Position numbers and translations under genes: made by a program. Under the pieces are notes generated by a model. The model searched no databases. It saw only the letters and a list, made by a program, of their open reading frames with translations, and had not been told where the DNA came from. Source: Escherichia phage vB_EcoM_G9062. From it: 64,000 nt of DNA. Below, in pieces: positions 9,221 to 18,036 of the stretch. Every line of letters begins with the position of its first letter. The stretch's first letter is position 1. The DNA lies in sequence record NC_054920.1. One strand, given 5' to 3'.

Positions 9221-9544
9221 TTAATCTTCTATGATATCTCTATCATATCCAAGTGAAATGAGAGTTTCTTTGAAGTGTTTAATGTTCTTTTGTCTGGAAT
9301 CATTAATGAAAATGACTGGATAACGAATGTTAAGAGATGTGAATCCAGCACGTTTAGCAAGAGATACAATCAGTGGACGATCATACTCAATCTTACCATT
9401 ATTTGTAAGAACTTTATAGAAAGTAAAAGGAGCATTGAGCTCCTTTAGAAGTTTTGTAACTGATTGACATCCAGGACAACGACCTACTTCTTCGGGGATG
9501 CCATAGATTTCAATCTTATTCTTTAAGTTCGAGTTTTGTTCCAC
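9221..9544 (-). CDS. nrdH: glutaredoxin-like protein NrdH (probable GTG start)
   Basis: KIEIYGIPEEVGRCPGCQ glutaredoxin fold with CPGC active site; no in-frame ATG precedes the domain, GTG at 9544 with upstream AGGA; adjacent to nrdG/nrdD. Confidence 0.5.
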   Translation of the reverse strand: MEQNSNLKNKIEIYGIPEEVGRCPGCQSVTKLLKELNAPFTFYKVLTNNGKIEYDRPLIVSLAKRAGFTSLNIRYPVIFINDSRQKNIKHFKETLISLGYDRDIIED

Positions 9545-9827
9545 GAGAAATAATTCCTTGATAAGCCCAGTATGGCGGGTTAACAGAATCCTCACCAGAG
9601 TTTTCTTCAGGAAAATAAACCTGGATAACGAAGCCGGATTCATCAAAGGTGAAATAAGTAGTAGGCAGTTCACCTAACAAATCGGCACGAGCGTTGATTT
9701 CTTCGAGGTCTTGTTCACGTCCAGCCCAGAAGCTTGGGTTCAGACTACATTCATAGAAATAATAGTCATTACCGAACATATCAAAACCATTCCAACTCTC
9801 TACTACATACCGCTCAAAACTAATCAT
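9516..9827 (-). CDS. hypothetical acidic protein (103 aa)
   Basis: ORF whose stop overlaps the nrdH start region in another frame. Confidence 0.3.
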   Translation of the reverse strand: MISFERYVVESWNGFDMFGNDYYFYECSLNPSFWAGREQDLEEINARADLLGELPTTYFTFDESGFVIQVYFPEENSGEDSVNPPYWAYQGIISRGTKLELKE

Positions 9828-9829
9828 AA

Positions 9830-10045
9830 TTAAGCCTTTTTATCAAGAACAGCATTCAGCTTGTTAGTAATTTTATCCAGACGCTCATTAAACTCACTAG
9901 AAGATAATCCCTTTTCTGGAGAAATTAAACTAATCACGAAAAATATAGCAATAAAAGGAATAAGGAAAATAGCTCCAACTGCCATAAACAGAAAGAATGT
10001 TACAGTTGTAAGAAAATCAGCTAAACCTTTACGAAATTTATACAT
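9830..10045 (-). CDS. small membrane protein (71 aa)
   Basis: one strongly hydrophobic helix (FLFMAVGAIFLIPFIAIFFVISLI). Confidence 0.4.
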   Translation of the reverse strand: MYKFRKGLADFLTTVTFFLFMAVGAIFLIPFIAIFFVISLISPEKGLSSSEFNERLDKITNKLNAVLDKKA

Positions 10046-10160
10046 ATTTTACCCTTAATTAATTAACCAAGCATTGATAAGCACTAAACTATATTGGGAA
10101 TAAAATTCTGGACCAAAATGAAAAATCATATCATTTATAGTATCCATAATGTAATTCAGT

Positions 10161-10631
10161 TTAATCATGTTTCCACACCCCATCGGTATTTGACCAAAGT
10201 CGCTGATTATCTGATCCTCGCCACAGCTTTTTAGTCGGAAGATTTTTCTCATACTTCCCATCAATAATAACATCAACATATTTAAGCATTTCTAGCTGTT
10301 TAATATCTTCAAACTTATATCCTGTCCACAACCAAATGCTTTTATTGGGATAAAGATTTTTAATAGTTTGAACCACAGAGTGAATCACGTCTCTGTTATC
10401 AGGATAAAGAGGGTCACCTCCGGTTATAGTTAATCCTTCTATATAATCATTATTCAAACATTCAATCAATTGTTCTAGCGTTTCACCAGTGAATGGAATA
10501 CCATTTCTAGCATTCCATGTTGATTTATTATAACACCCTTCACATTTATGCAAACAACCTGTAACGAAAAGAACGACCCTGCAACCAGGGCCATTCACAA
10601 AATCACAAGGATAAAATCTATCATAATTCAT
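10161..10631 (-). CDS. nrdG: anaerobic ribonucleotide reductase activating protein (radical SAM)
   Basis: 156 aa; CLHKCEGC radical-SAM cysteine triad; immediately downstream of nrdD. Confidence 0.9.
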   Translation of the reverse strand: MNYDRFYPCDFVNGPGCRVVLFVTGCLHKCEGCYNKSTWNARNGIPFTGETLEQLIECLNNDYIEGLTITGGDPLYPDNRDVIHSVVQTIKNLYPNKSIWLWTGYKFEDIKQLEMLKYVDVIIDGKYEKNLPTKKLWRGSDNQRLWSNTDGVWKHD

Positions 10632-12445
10632 TGATGCTTAACCCTATGCATGATTTCTTTATTTTTACCGAGATTAAATCCGCGTTCGTTCGGGTTTCCA
10701 AGATATCCGCATGTTCTTCTTATTGTGTTCATCTTTTTAGGATCAGTTTCTCCACAAATAGAACAAACAAATCCGTTTTCAGTAGGAGTCATTTCATGGG
10801 TACTTCCGCATGTAAAACACTTATCTACTGGCATGTTAACACCAAAATAATCTAAATGTTGTACAGCATAATCCCATACAGCCTCAAGACCTTTTAGGTT
10901 ATTTTTCATATCAGGAAGTTCAACATAAGAAATGTGACCACCTGTCGCAATGAAATGATATGGCGCTTCACGAGAAATTTTTTCAAACGGAGTAATATTT
11001 TCTTCTACTGAAACGTGGAAACTATTAGTGTACCAGCCTTTATCGGTAACATCTTTTACACTTCCATATTTTTCTGTATCAAGTTTACAGAAGCGATAAC
11101 AAAGGTTTTCAGCAGGAGTCGAATATAAACTAAAAGCAAATCCAGTTCTTTCAGTCCACTGTTTAAGATGAGCATTCATTTTAGTTAAAATTTCTTGTCC
11201 AATATCACGACCGACAAGAATATTCAATTCGTGAATACCAATGTATCCTAGGGACACTGAACTTCTGCCGTTTTTAAATAACTCAATTATGTCATCATCA
11301 GGTTTAAGACGAACCCCGAATGCACCTTCTTGGTAAAGAATAGGAGCTACAGTTGCTTTAACACCCTTTAAAGAACTAATTCTACGCATCAAGGCTTCAA
11401 AGCACAGATCCATTCGTTCATTAAATAGCTCAACAAATTTCTGTTCATTGAACTGTGTTCCAATATAAGAATCTAATGCGATACGAGGAAGATTCAGTGT
11501 TACAACACCGAGATTATTACGTCCATCAAGAATTTCATTACCAGTCGAATCTTTCCATACGCTCAAGAAACTACGGCAGCCCATCGGAGAAACAGGAATA
11601 GATGAACCAGTGATAGCTTTATTGTTCTTAGCTGAAATAATATCAGGATACATCCTTTTGCTTGCACACTCTAGAGCAAGCTGCTTAATATCATAGTTCG
11701 GATCGTCTTTATAAAGATTAACACCTTCTTCAACGAACATAACAAGCTTAGGGAAAATAGGAGTTATCCCATCACGACCGAGACCTTTAATACGATTTTT
11801 CAGAATTGCTTTCTGAATCATTCGTTCAGTCCAGTCAGTTCCCGTACCAAATGTAATTGTTACAAAAGGTGTTTGCCCGTTTGAACTAAAGAGAGTATTT
11901 ACTTCATATTCATAAGCTTGAAATGCATCGTATACGTCTTTTTCTGTTTTAGATTGAGCATAATTCAACGCATCGGCGATTTGCCATTTTTCTGCATCCT
12001 CAATATGTTTTGCATAGGTGCGTTTAACATAAGGAGAAAGTACTTTATCTACATTCGCAAAAGTCGTTCCGCCGTATTGGTGAGAAGCAACCTGTGCAGT
12101 AATTTGTGCCATAATTGCAGTAGCAACGCCAATTGATTTAGGAGTTTCAATCTGTGCATTACCAAGCTTAAATCCGTTCTCAAGCATTCCTTTTAAATCT
12201 ACTAAACAGCAATTAGTAAATGGAAGAGCAGGGGAATAATCAATATCATGGAAATGAATAATTCCGCTTTCATGCGCTTTCATAATAAAAGACGGGACCA
12301 TATTTTTGGCAATGTGTTTAGACACAATACCAGCCATAAGGTCCCGTTGAGTTGGAAAAACACGAGAATCTTTATTAGCATTCTCGTTTAAAAGGTCTTT
12401 ATTAGTTTTATGAATCAATCCTTCAATTTCTTTTTCAATTGTCAT
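10628..12445 (-). CDS. nrdD: anaerobic ribonucleoside-triphosphate reductase (glycyl radical enzyme), intron-less
   Basis: 605-aa continuous ORF; C-terminal glycyl radical motif RRTCGYLG and CxxC zinc site; length equals spliced T4 NrdD. Confidence 0.9.
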   Translation of the reverse strand: MTIEKEIEGLIHKTNKDLLNENANKDSRVFPTQRDLMAGIVSKHIAKNMVPSFIMKAHESGIIHFHDIDYSPALPFTNCCLVDLKGMLENGFKLGNAQIETPKSIGVATAIMAQITAQVASHQYGGTTFANVDKVLSPYVKRTYAKHIEDAEKWQIADALNYAQSKTEKDVYDAFQAYEYEVNTLFSSNGQTPFVTITFGTGTDWTERMIQKAILKNRIKGLGRDGITPIFPKLVMFVEEGVNLYKDDPNYDIKQLALECASKRMYPDIISAKNNKAITGSSIPVSPMGCRSFLSVWKDSTGNEILDGRNNLGVVTLNLPRIALDSYIGTQFNEQKFVELFNERMDLCFEALMRRISSLKGVKATVAPILYQEGAFGVRLKPDDDIIELFKNGRSSVSLGYIGIHELNILVGRDIGQEILTKMNAHLKQWTERTGFAFSLYSTPAENLCYRFCKLDTEKYGSVKDVTDKGWYTNSFHVSVEENITPFEKISREAPYHFIATGGHISYVELPDMKNNLKGLEAVWDYAVQHLDYFGVNMPVDKCFTCGSTHEMTPTENGFVCSICGETDPKKMNTIRRTCGYLGNPNERGFNLGKNKEIMHRVKHQ

Positions 12446-12915
12446 TTTAAACTCTTTCTAAGCTGCTTCTTAAATGAAGCTATTAACTGTGTTTTGGTGT
12501 CAGATTCATTATATTCAAATCCTCTTTGAAGCATCTCGGCCATCATTTCCTCTTTTCCTAAACGAGAAAATTCCTTTGATTTATCTCCAACAAAGTTAGG
12601 GTGAATATTATTTTGGGTGTAATCGGATTTTAAATAAGTAAGTAAATTTTCTAACCATTCAAGATAATCAACACCTTGTCCCTTTAAGCCAGAACGATTA
12701 AATTTATGCTTCATTTGACCTTCTGCGGCATTGCAGAGATTACAAAGCAATCCACGTATCTTTCCTGCTTTTGGTCCATTTAATTCATGGTCATGATCAA
12801 GATGATTAGCTTGAACATCAGGATTTAGTTCTCGTTGGCAAATTAAACATTTACCGTTTTGTGCATCATAAAATTTCTGTTTTTCTTCTTTATATAATTT
12901 GCCAGTCAATAACAT
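12442..12915 (-). CDS. 49: endonuclease VII (Holliday junction resolvase)
   Basis: 157 aa; MLLTGKLYKEEKQKFYDAQNGKCLICQREL... with His/Cys zinc motif matches my recollection of T4 endo VII. Confidence 0.85.
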   Translation of the reverse strand: MLLTGKLYKEEKQKFYDAQNGKCLICQRELNPDVQANHLDHDHELNGPKAGKIRGLLCNLCNAAEGQMKHKFNRSGLKGQGVDYLEWLENLLTYLKSDYTQNNIHPNFVGDKSKEFSRLGKEEMMAEMLQRGFEYNESDTKTQLIASFKKQLRKSLK

Positions 12916-12956
12916 AATAAACCCTTACCTTAAATAGATAAGGGTATTTATTATTT

Positions 12957-13133
12957 TTAAGTATTGTAAAACATTCGATGCAATCGTTTATACTGTCGAA
13001 TCATCTTTTTAGTAGGACGAGAATAGGTTCCTACGCAAGTGGTCATATGAGGGTCCGTAGAATGTCCTTTAATAAAAAGTTTCCAAACCTTACCGCCATT
13101 TAACTTTTCAGTATAAACCAATTCGGTTTTCAT
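12957..13133 (-). CDS. mini-ORF (58 aa) whose last 15 codons duplicate the 3' end of the upstream gene
   Basis: ATG at 13133 with AUUUUA-rich leader; C-terminus MIRQYKRLHRMFYNT nearly identical to the end of ORF 13170..13673 (MIRQYKRLHQMFYNT). Confidence 0.3.
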   Translation of the reverse strand: MKTELVYTEKLNGGKVWKLFIKGHSTDPHMTTCVGTYSRPTKKMIRQYKRLHRMFYNT

Positions 13134-13243
13134 TAAAATGCCTTGTCAGAAAAAGAATTTTGAGTTTTTTCAAGTATTATAAAACATTTGATGCAATCGC
13201 TTATATTGCCGAATCATTTGGTCAGAAAAAGAATTTTGAGTTT
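12957..13243. repeat. imperfect segmental duplication (about 75-bp unit; one copy carries a 135-bp insert)
   Basis: gtcagaaaaagaattttgagttt occurs at 13145-13167 and 13221-13243; ttcaagtatt(g/a)taaaacatt(c/t)gatgcaatcg(t/c)ttata(c/t)tg(t/c)cgaatcat occurs at 12957-13005 and 13169-13216. Confidence 0.7.
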
Positions 13244-13673
13244 CAAGCCATTCAATATATTCTGCCGCAGCTTGCATCAGGTTACCTTCATAATCATCAA
13301 TATCTTTTTTCAATGCCACTTTAGCTAATGCATATGAAATACGTTCACCTTGAAAAGCGGCTTTAGGCTTCTTAACATCTTGGCTAGTTCTCTCTACAAC
13401 TTCCTCGATTTCACCATTTTCAACGGATTCAGTATTCCACAAACACCAATACGTAATTGGCTTATCATAGATGTTAATAATTTTTCCATCAGAAAGTTCA
13501 ATTTCAATAATTCCAGTGTCAGGCTCTATATCATCTTCACATTCTTTTGCAAGTTCACGAACTTTAAAGACAGTACCTGCACTAAGTTCCGGCCAGTAAT
13601 TACACAGCCCTGTATCAGCACGATTAATTCTAAACCACTTATCTACTGTAATCATGTCCCATCTCCATATCAA
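13170..13673 (-). CDS. hypothetical protein (167 aa), at the position of T4 pin
   Basis: ORF between gene 49 and nrdC; start overlaps the duplicated segment; identity with pin not verifiable. Confidence 0.4.
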   Translation of the reverse strand: MIWRWDMITVDKWFRINRADTGLCNYWPELSAGTVFKVRELAKECEDDIEPDTGIIEIELSDGKIINIYDKPITYWCLWNTESVENGEIEEVVERTSQDVKKPKAAFQGERISYALAKVALKKDIDDYEGNLMQAAAEYIEWLETQNSFSDQMIRQYKRLHQMFYNT

Positions 13674-13777
13674 TTAAGTCATTTATCGTTGGTTCATTAT
13701 ATACTGTTTCTTCATCAGTGTAAACCGGTTCTTCCGGCTCTGGCTCTACAGTTTCCCATCTAGCCGCCCACCAAGGT

Positions 13778-13972
13778 TTAACCCCGAAGCTTATTAAGTT
13801 CTTCATAATCAACCCAGGATTCTAATCCTGATGGCAGGTCACATTCAATTTCCCAAAGAAGTTCTTCAATTTTATGAAGACGATCTAATTCTTCAACAGG
13901 AATAGTAACCATTGATGGAGCTCTTGCTGCACTAATATCGTATATCATATTTACCCCAGTTTGACCATGCAA
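13778..13972 (-). CDS. hypothetical protein (64 aa)
   Basis: small ORF. Confidence 0.3.
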   Translation of the reverse strand: MHGQTGVNMIYDISAARAPSMVTIPVEELDRLHKIEELLWEIECDLPSGLESWVDYEELNKLRG

Positions 13973-14166
13973 TCACCGTATTTCCACTTAGAAATAGACT
14001 TTTCACCATTAGAATAATAAACTTCGAGTTTAGCACGATTATTTTTAATTTGAATAACCTTGGCTGTCATTAAAGTTCCATACCCATAGTAAACTGCAAC
14101 TTCATCACCTACATATACCGCGCTTCCGCGGTAATCATGGATATAATCAGTTCCTTCGAGCATCAT
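13951..14166 (-). CDS. hypothetical protein (71 aa)
   Basis: small ORF abutting nrdC. Confidence 0.35.
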   Translation of the reverse strand: MMLEGTDYIHDYRGSAVYVGDEVAVYYGYGTLMTAKVIQIKNNRAKLEVYYSNGEKSISKWKYGDCMVKLG

Positions 14167-14426
14167 TTAAAGTATTCCCGCAATTGGTCAAATCCACCAA
14201 TATGACTTCCATCAGGAGCAAATACCTGAGGCATTGTTAAGCCGATTTGAGTATCACGACCTAGTTTAGTCAGAAGCTCAGCGATTTTCTCATCATCAAA
14301 AACACCTTTTTCCGGCATAATGTTGATAAATTCAAACGGCTGTTTCTTCACGGTCAAAAGACGTTTTGCATTATCGCAATACACGCATTTGTGGATGTTG
14401 CTATCATAACCATATACTTTAAACAT
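14163..14426 (-). CDS. nrdC: glutaredoxin (T4 thioredoxin)
   Basis: 87 aa; MFKVYGYDSNIHKCVYCDNAKRLL... with CVYC active site matches my recollection of T4 NrdC. Confidence 0.9.
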   Translation of the reverse strand: MFKVYGYDSNIHKCVYCDNAKRLLTVKKQPFEFINIMPEKGVFDDEKIAELLTKLGRDTQIGLTMPQVFAPDGSHIGGFDQLREYFK

Positions 14427-14427
14427 A

Positions 14428-14673
14428 TTATTCCTTAATTCCTAATACTTGTTTAAAAGTCTCGTCGTAATCAAGACTTTGGCCTGTTTGTTCTTTATGT
14501 TTGTATATAATATCACTTACTTCTGATAGCATATTTTTATATGAACGAGTTAAAGCAGATTTAAGCACGCTGTATCTATCAGGAAATTTACCGTGTTCAT
14601 TATAATAAGCTATTGCTAATTCACGGACTGCCTTTTCAGCAGCCTCCATATATTCTTTACGCTTTGTCATTTT
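14428..14673 (-). CDS. hypothetical protein (about 81 aa from internal Met MTKRKEY)
   Basis: ORF track extends to 14811 but that part overlaps the next gene; internal start chosen. Confidence 0.3.
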   Translation of the reverse strand, partial: KMTKRKEYMEAAEKAVRELAIAYYNEHGKFPDRYSVLKSALTRSYKNMLSEVSDIIYKHKEQTGQSLDYDETFKQVLGIKE

Positions 14674-14971
14674 CTTCTCGGTCAAATCGGTGTTTACAAT
14701 GGCGACATTTATAACGAAGATTACTAGTCTGCCAATGGACCAATTGCACCTGTTTAGTTCCACATTCAGGGCAATTAGGAACGTTTTTAGAAGCACGTTC
14801 GCGGCGTTCAACCATGACCATTACAGAATCCCAATTAATAGGGCTGCTATAATCATCACAACCATGAATCTTTCCACGCATTTCCAAATCGTCTTCTTCA
14901 CCGGCCATAATAATTTTAATTAAACTGGAATTACTTGAAGCTGCAATGTCTTCTAATAGACGCTTTTTCAT
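14657..14971 (-). CDS. zinc-ribbon protein (104 aa)
   Basis: CPECG ... CRHCKHRF paired CxxC motifs. Confidence 0.4.
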   Translation of the reverse strand: MKKRLLEDIAASSNSSLIKIIMAGEEDDLEMRGKIHGCDDYSSPINWDSVMVMVERRERASKNVPNCPECGTKQVQLVHWQTSNLRYKCRHCKHRFDREENDKA

Positions 14972-15897
14972 TTCAATACCTCAATAGCATTACGTAAACC
15001 ATTTGCTTTTGCATTAAGAGCTTTTAACAATTTGGTGTGTTCTGCAATTTGGGCTTCAACTTCAATCAAACGAGCATTGAGATATTCGCGTTCTTCACTC
15101 AGATTATCAATCTTTTCTACTTTAGGCTCTTTTACAACTGTCTTATATGTATTAGGGTTCTTCAGTTTAATTAGAATGCGTGAACTGTATAACATTGAAC
15201 CATTATCTTCGGTTTCGTCATACATTTCTACTACGTCCATGATTTTTAACATCATGCGGAGTTTATAAGACAACGAACGAATAGTTTTGTTGTGCTTATT
15301 AATTTCTTTAGCTGTCATGGTGCCAAGATTACGTGAGTAATAATAAGGAACCTGGATATTAATTAATACTGATGAACCACCTGGCTTGTGTGTTACTTCA
15401 TCAGCAATAACCCAGTCCTTAACATGAACTGTATTTGTACGGTCATCGCCCGCGGTAAATAGTTTGCGAGCATGCTTAAAAAGCATATTCACTTGGTCAT
15501 TGAATTGACAAGCAAATTTATCAGCAAATTTAGTTTCAGGAATGGTAGAAAACCAATCAGCCAAATGAGTCTTTTTAACATCATTAACAATAGTAAATTC
15601 AACCAAATCGGTTATAGATGTCTCAGATTTAATGAAGCTCGGCTTCATAAAGTTTTTAATGTTCTCATGAGCTACAGTAGAAGATAACATACGAGAACGT
15701 TTAAACCATTCAAGCAAATTGCCTAACGAATGAGAATAAGCGTTTTGAGTATCTTTACAGATATGATTTTCCTGACCAACATATTGAAGGAAATCACGAA
15801 GAATATTATTGATTACTGCTCTGTGCCCGATCTGATAATTACGGTGTTTAGTAATAAGACTGTCAAAATAATCAATATAATGTTTACGAGTTTTCAT
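14968..15897 (-). CDS. hypothetical protein (309 aa), member of tandem paralogue family with C-terminal coiled coil
   Basis: C-terminus [44 protein letters not shown] is heptad-like; same architecture as the two downstream ORFs. Confidence 0.5.
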   Translation of the reverse strand: MKTRKHYIDYFDSLITKHRNYQIGHRAVINNILRDFLQYVGQENHICKDTQNAYSHSLGNLLEWFKRSRMLSSTVAHENIKNFMKPSFIKSETSITDLVEFTIVNDVKKTHLADWFSTIPETKFADKFACQFNDQVNMLFKHARKLFTAGDDRTNTVHVKDWVIADEVTHKPGGSSVLINIQVPYYYSRNLGTMTAKEINKHNKTIRSLSYKLRMMLKIMDVVEMYDETEDNGSMLYSSRILIKLKNPNTYKTVVKEPKVEKIDNLSEEREYLNARLIEVEAQIAEHTKLLKALNAKANGLRNAIEVLK

Positions 15898-15949
15898 ATT
15901 CTTCTCACTTGGTTAATGGTTTATACTCCGAGCCATCCTTGGCTTTAAA

Positions 15950-16951
15950 TTACTTAATTAACTGTAAAGCTTGTTCAAGACGATCAAGACGATTAACGGA
16001 TTCTTCCCAAATCTTTTTAGCCTGCTCATATTCTTTCTGCGCTTTATTAGAAATTTCTAGAACTTCTTTATAAGCTTTTTCTAGTGCAATAACTTCTGGA
16101 CGAATTTCTACTGGTTCAGGCGAATCGTCAAGACATTCCATTAGTTCCTCAAGGGTAGTTTCTTCTTTAGGAGTATTCACAATTTCATCACATTTTTGTT
16201 GGTAAATTTCTTTATCAGTCGGTGAGTACGCACACTTTACTTCACGGAGACTAACTACAATTTTATATCCTTCCCAACCGCATATATTCTTAAAAGGATA
16301 AGTATGAATATTTTCTACTGTTTCCATACAAAGTAATGCGGTCTCTAACTGACGAGTTATATCGCTAGCAATTGAGAAAAATTTATTAATGTTCTTTTGA
16401 TTAGCTTCTGGTGTAAAAAATTCATAATTCACAAAAATAGCTGCTTTATTTTTATCAAGCTCATATTCTTTTATGATAATCATATCAGAAGCCCAAGGAT
16501 GGATTTGACGATAATCACCATAGCATAATTTAGAAGCTGATTTTAGAATTTGCTTCTTGAAAAGTCTAAAATTACTAATCCAACGACGAGTAAAAATATT
16601 CTCAGGGTCTTCTTTATTATTAAGATGATAAGAATTAACATCACCGAACCAACTGTATCCTACTACATCTTTAGTTCGTTTAATTTCTTTCCCAAATTTA
16701 CCAAGAATATCTTGATTAACTAAATATGAAAGAAGACGAGAACCTTTAAAAGTTTCCTTAATATCATCTTTATATTCGCGACTAGAAATTTTATGAACTT
16801 CATGAATAAATTTGCTTGAAGAAACAATACTTGCATCAATATTATTGAGCCATTGATTGATAATGGAAATAACACTATTCTGACTAAACACAGGTTTAAC
16901 TTTATCATCAATAACGCTATTGAATGATTTGATATATTCGTTACGAGTCAT
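15950..16951 (-). CDS. hypothetical protein (334 aa), paralogue family member
   Basis: true start MTRNEYIK preceded by GAGGAG RBS (ORF track extension reads through the promoter); FRLFKKQILKSASKLCYGDY aligns with FIALFRKQLKQILSTASRLKGSD in ORF 17009..18028. Confidence 0.5.
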   Translation of the reverse strand: MTRNEYIKSFNSVIDDKVKPVFSQNSVISIINQWLNNIDASIVSSSKFIHEVHKISSREYKDDIKETFKGSRLLSYLVNQDILGKFGKEIKRTKDVVGYSWFGDVNSYHLNNKEDPENIFTRRWISNFRLFKKQILKSASKLCYGDYRQIHPWASDMIIIKEYELDKNKAAIFVNYEFFTPEANQKNINKFFSIASDITRQLETALLCMETVENIHTYPFKNICGWEGYKIVVSLREVKCAYSPTDKEIYQQKCDEIVNTPKEETTLEELMECLDDSPEPVEIRPEVIALEKAYKEVLEISNKAQKEYEQAKKIWEESVNRLDRLEQALQLIK

Positions 16952-16979
16952 ATTAATCTCCTCAGTAGAAAGTAAGAAC

Positions 16980-17009
16980 ATTATACCACATCCTTGTGGC
17001 AAAGTAAAC
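16980..17009 (-). promoter_or_regulatory. T4-type early promoter (minus strand -35 GTTTAC, -10 TATAAT) with inverted repeat in spacer
   Basis: plus gtaaac 17004-17009 and attata 16980-16985; spacer contains ccaca...tgtgg inverted repeat. Confidence 0.45.
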
Positions 17010-18028
17010 TAGTTTAGTGCATTTAGTGCATTGTTCAGTTTAGAACGTTGCTTCGTAAGATTTTTGACTTTTTCTTGAGCTTTTTCTAGCATCTTTTCAG
17101 CTTCTAACACTTCATTAGTTGCTTTAACGAGTTCATCATCTACTGCCTTGATAGACTTCTCAATCGCATCCGCGTGCCATTTTTCAACAGGTTTAAGACT
17201 CGGATTTTCAACAGGAAGAAAATTCACTTTGTTGAATTTCCATGTATCTTTATTACCTGAACTATACATCCAAAATTTAGGATCGTTTGATGAGTAATTG
17301 GATAAATTTAAGATATCTTGCACTTCCTGCTTTTTCTCTTGCGGGACTTCGTCCTTTCTCAAAAAATCGTATTTAAATGAAACGATCATATCAAGTTCAT
17401 ACGTTGTTGTATGTTCCCAATTTCGCTCAAAATGAGGTAAAATCTTAGACTGAACCGCGGCAACTACATCCATATACTTAAATGCTTCTGTCAACTGTGA
17501 TTTAAGGCATTCACAAATTGAAAGAGAATTTTTTGTATTAGGTTTAAAGCTAATTCGTGCAGTTCTGTTATTTTCTTTTAATGGTCTTACTTCCATCTGA
17601 AGAGTATAACCATCAAATTTCAGATTCTTTAAGTTAATATCAGAACCTTTTAATCGACTAGCCGTCGACAAAATTTGCTTTAATTGTTTACGGAATAGAG
17701 CAATAAATCTCCACTCAATACGATAATGATTTGGATTAAAAAATCCTGTTGATAAATCAACCTTACTCTGACCAACGCCTTGAACAAATAGAGGATTTTT
17801 ATAATCAATAGTTTTACAGAAATCGGTGAGCTGCTCACGAGCCGTCATTTGTGTAATATACCCCGCTTTACTAAAATGACGTAACCATTCACTGCTATTC
17901 ATATATTTAAAGTGAATATCACGATTAACTTTATCAGGGTCTAAATTATTTTGGCACAAAAATGTCATAACATCACGAGTATAACTGGCATTACGAACCA
18001 TATCTTCAATTTGAGAACGAGTTTTCAT
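17009..18028 (-). CDS. hypothetical protein (339 aa), paralogue family member
   Basis: shared internal motif with ORF 15950..16951 and C-terminal coiled coil VKATNEVLEAEKMLEKAQEKVKNLTKQRSKL. Confidence 0.5.
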   Translation of the reverse strand: MKTRSQIEDMVRNASYTRDVMTFLCQNNLDPDKVNRDIHFKYMNSSEWLRHFSKAGYITQMTAREQLTDFCKTIDYKNPLFVQGVGQSKVDLSTGFFNPNHYRIEWRFIALFRKQLKQILSTASRLKGSDINLKNLKFDGYTLQMEVRPLKENNRTARISFKPNTKNSLSICECLKSQLTEAFKYMDVVAAVQSKILPHFERNWEHTTTYELDMIVSFKYDFLRKDEVPQEKKQEVQDILNLSNYSSNDPKFWMYSSGNKDTWKFNKVNFLPVENPSLKPVEKWHADAIEKSIKAVDDELVKATNEVLEAEKMLEKAQEKVKNLTKQRSKLNNALNALN

Positions 18029-18036
18029 GGTGTTCC

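Noticed and set aside
10055-10279. ORF 10055..10279 (minus) overlapping the nrdG 3' end
   Set aside because: Mostly nested within the nrdG coding region in another frame; at most a short 30-codon remnant downstream of nrdG would be non-overlapping.
10628-12445. Search for a group I intron in nrdD
   Set aside because: The ORF is continuous at 605 codons with no internal stop, so no intron is present in this window.
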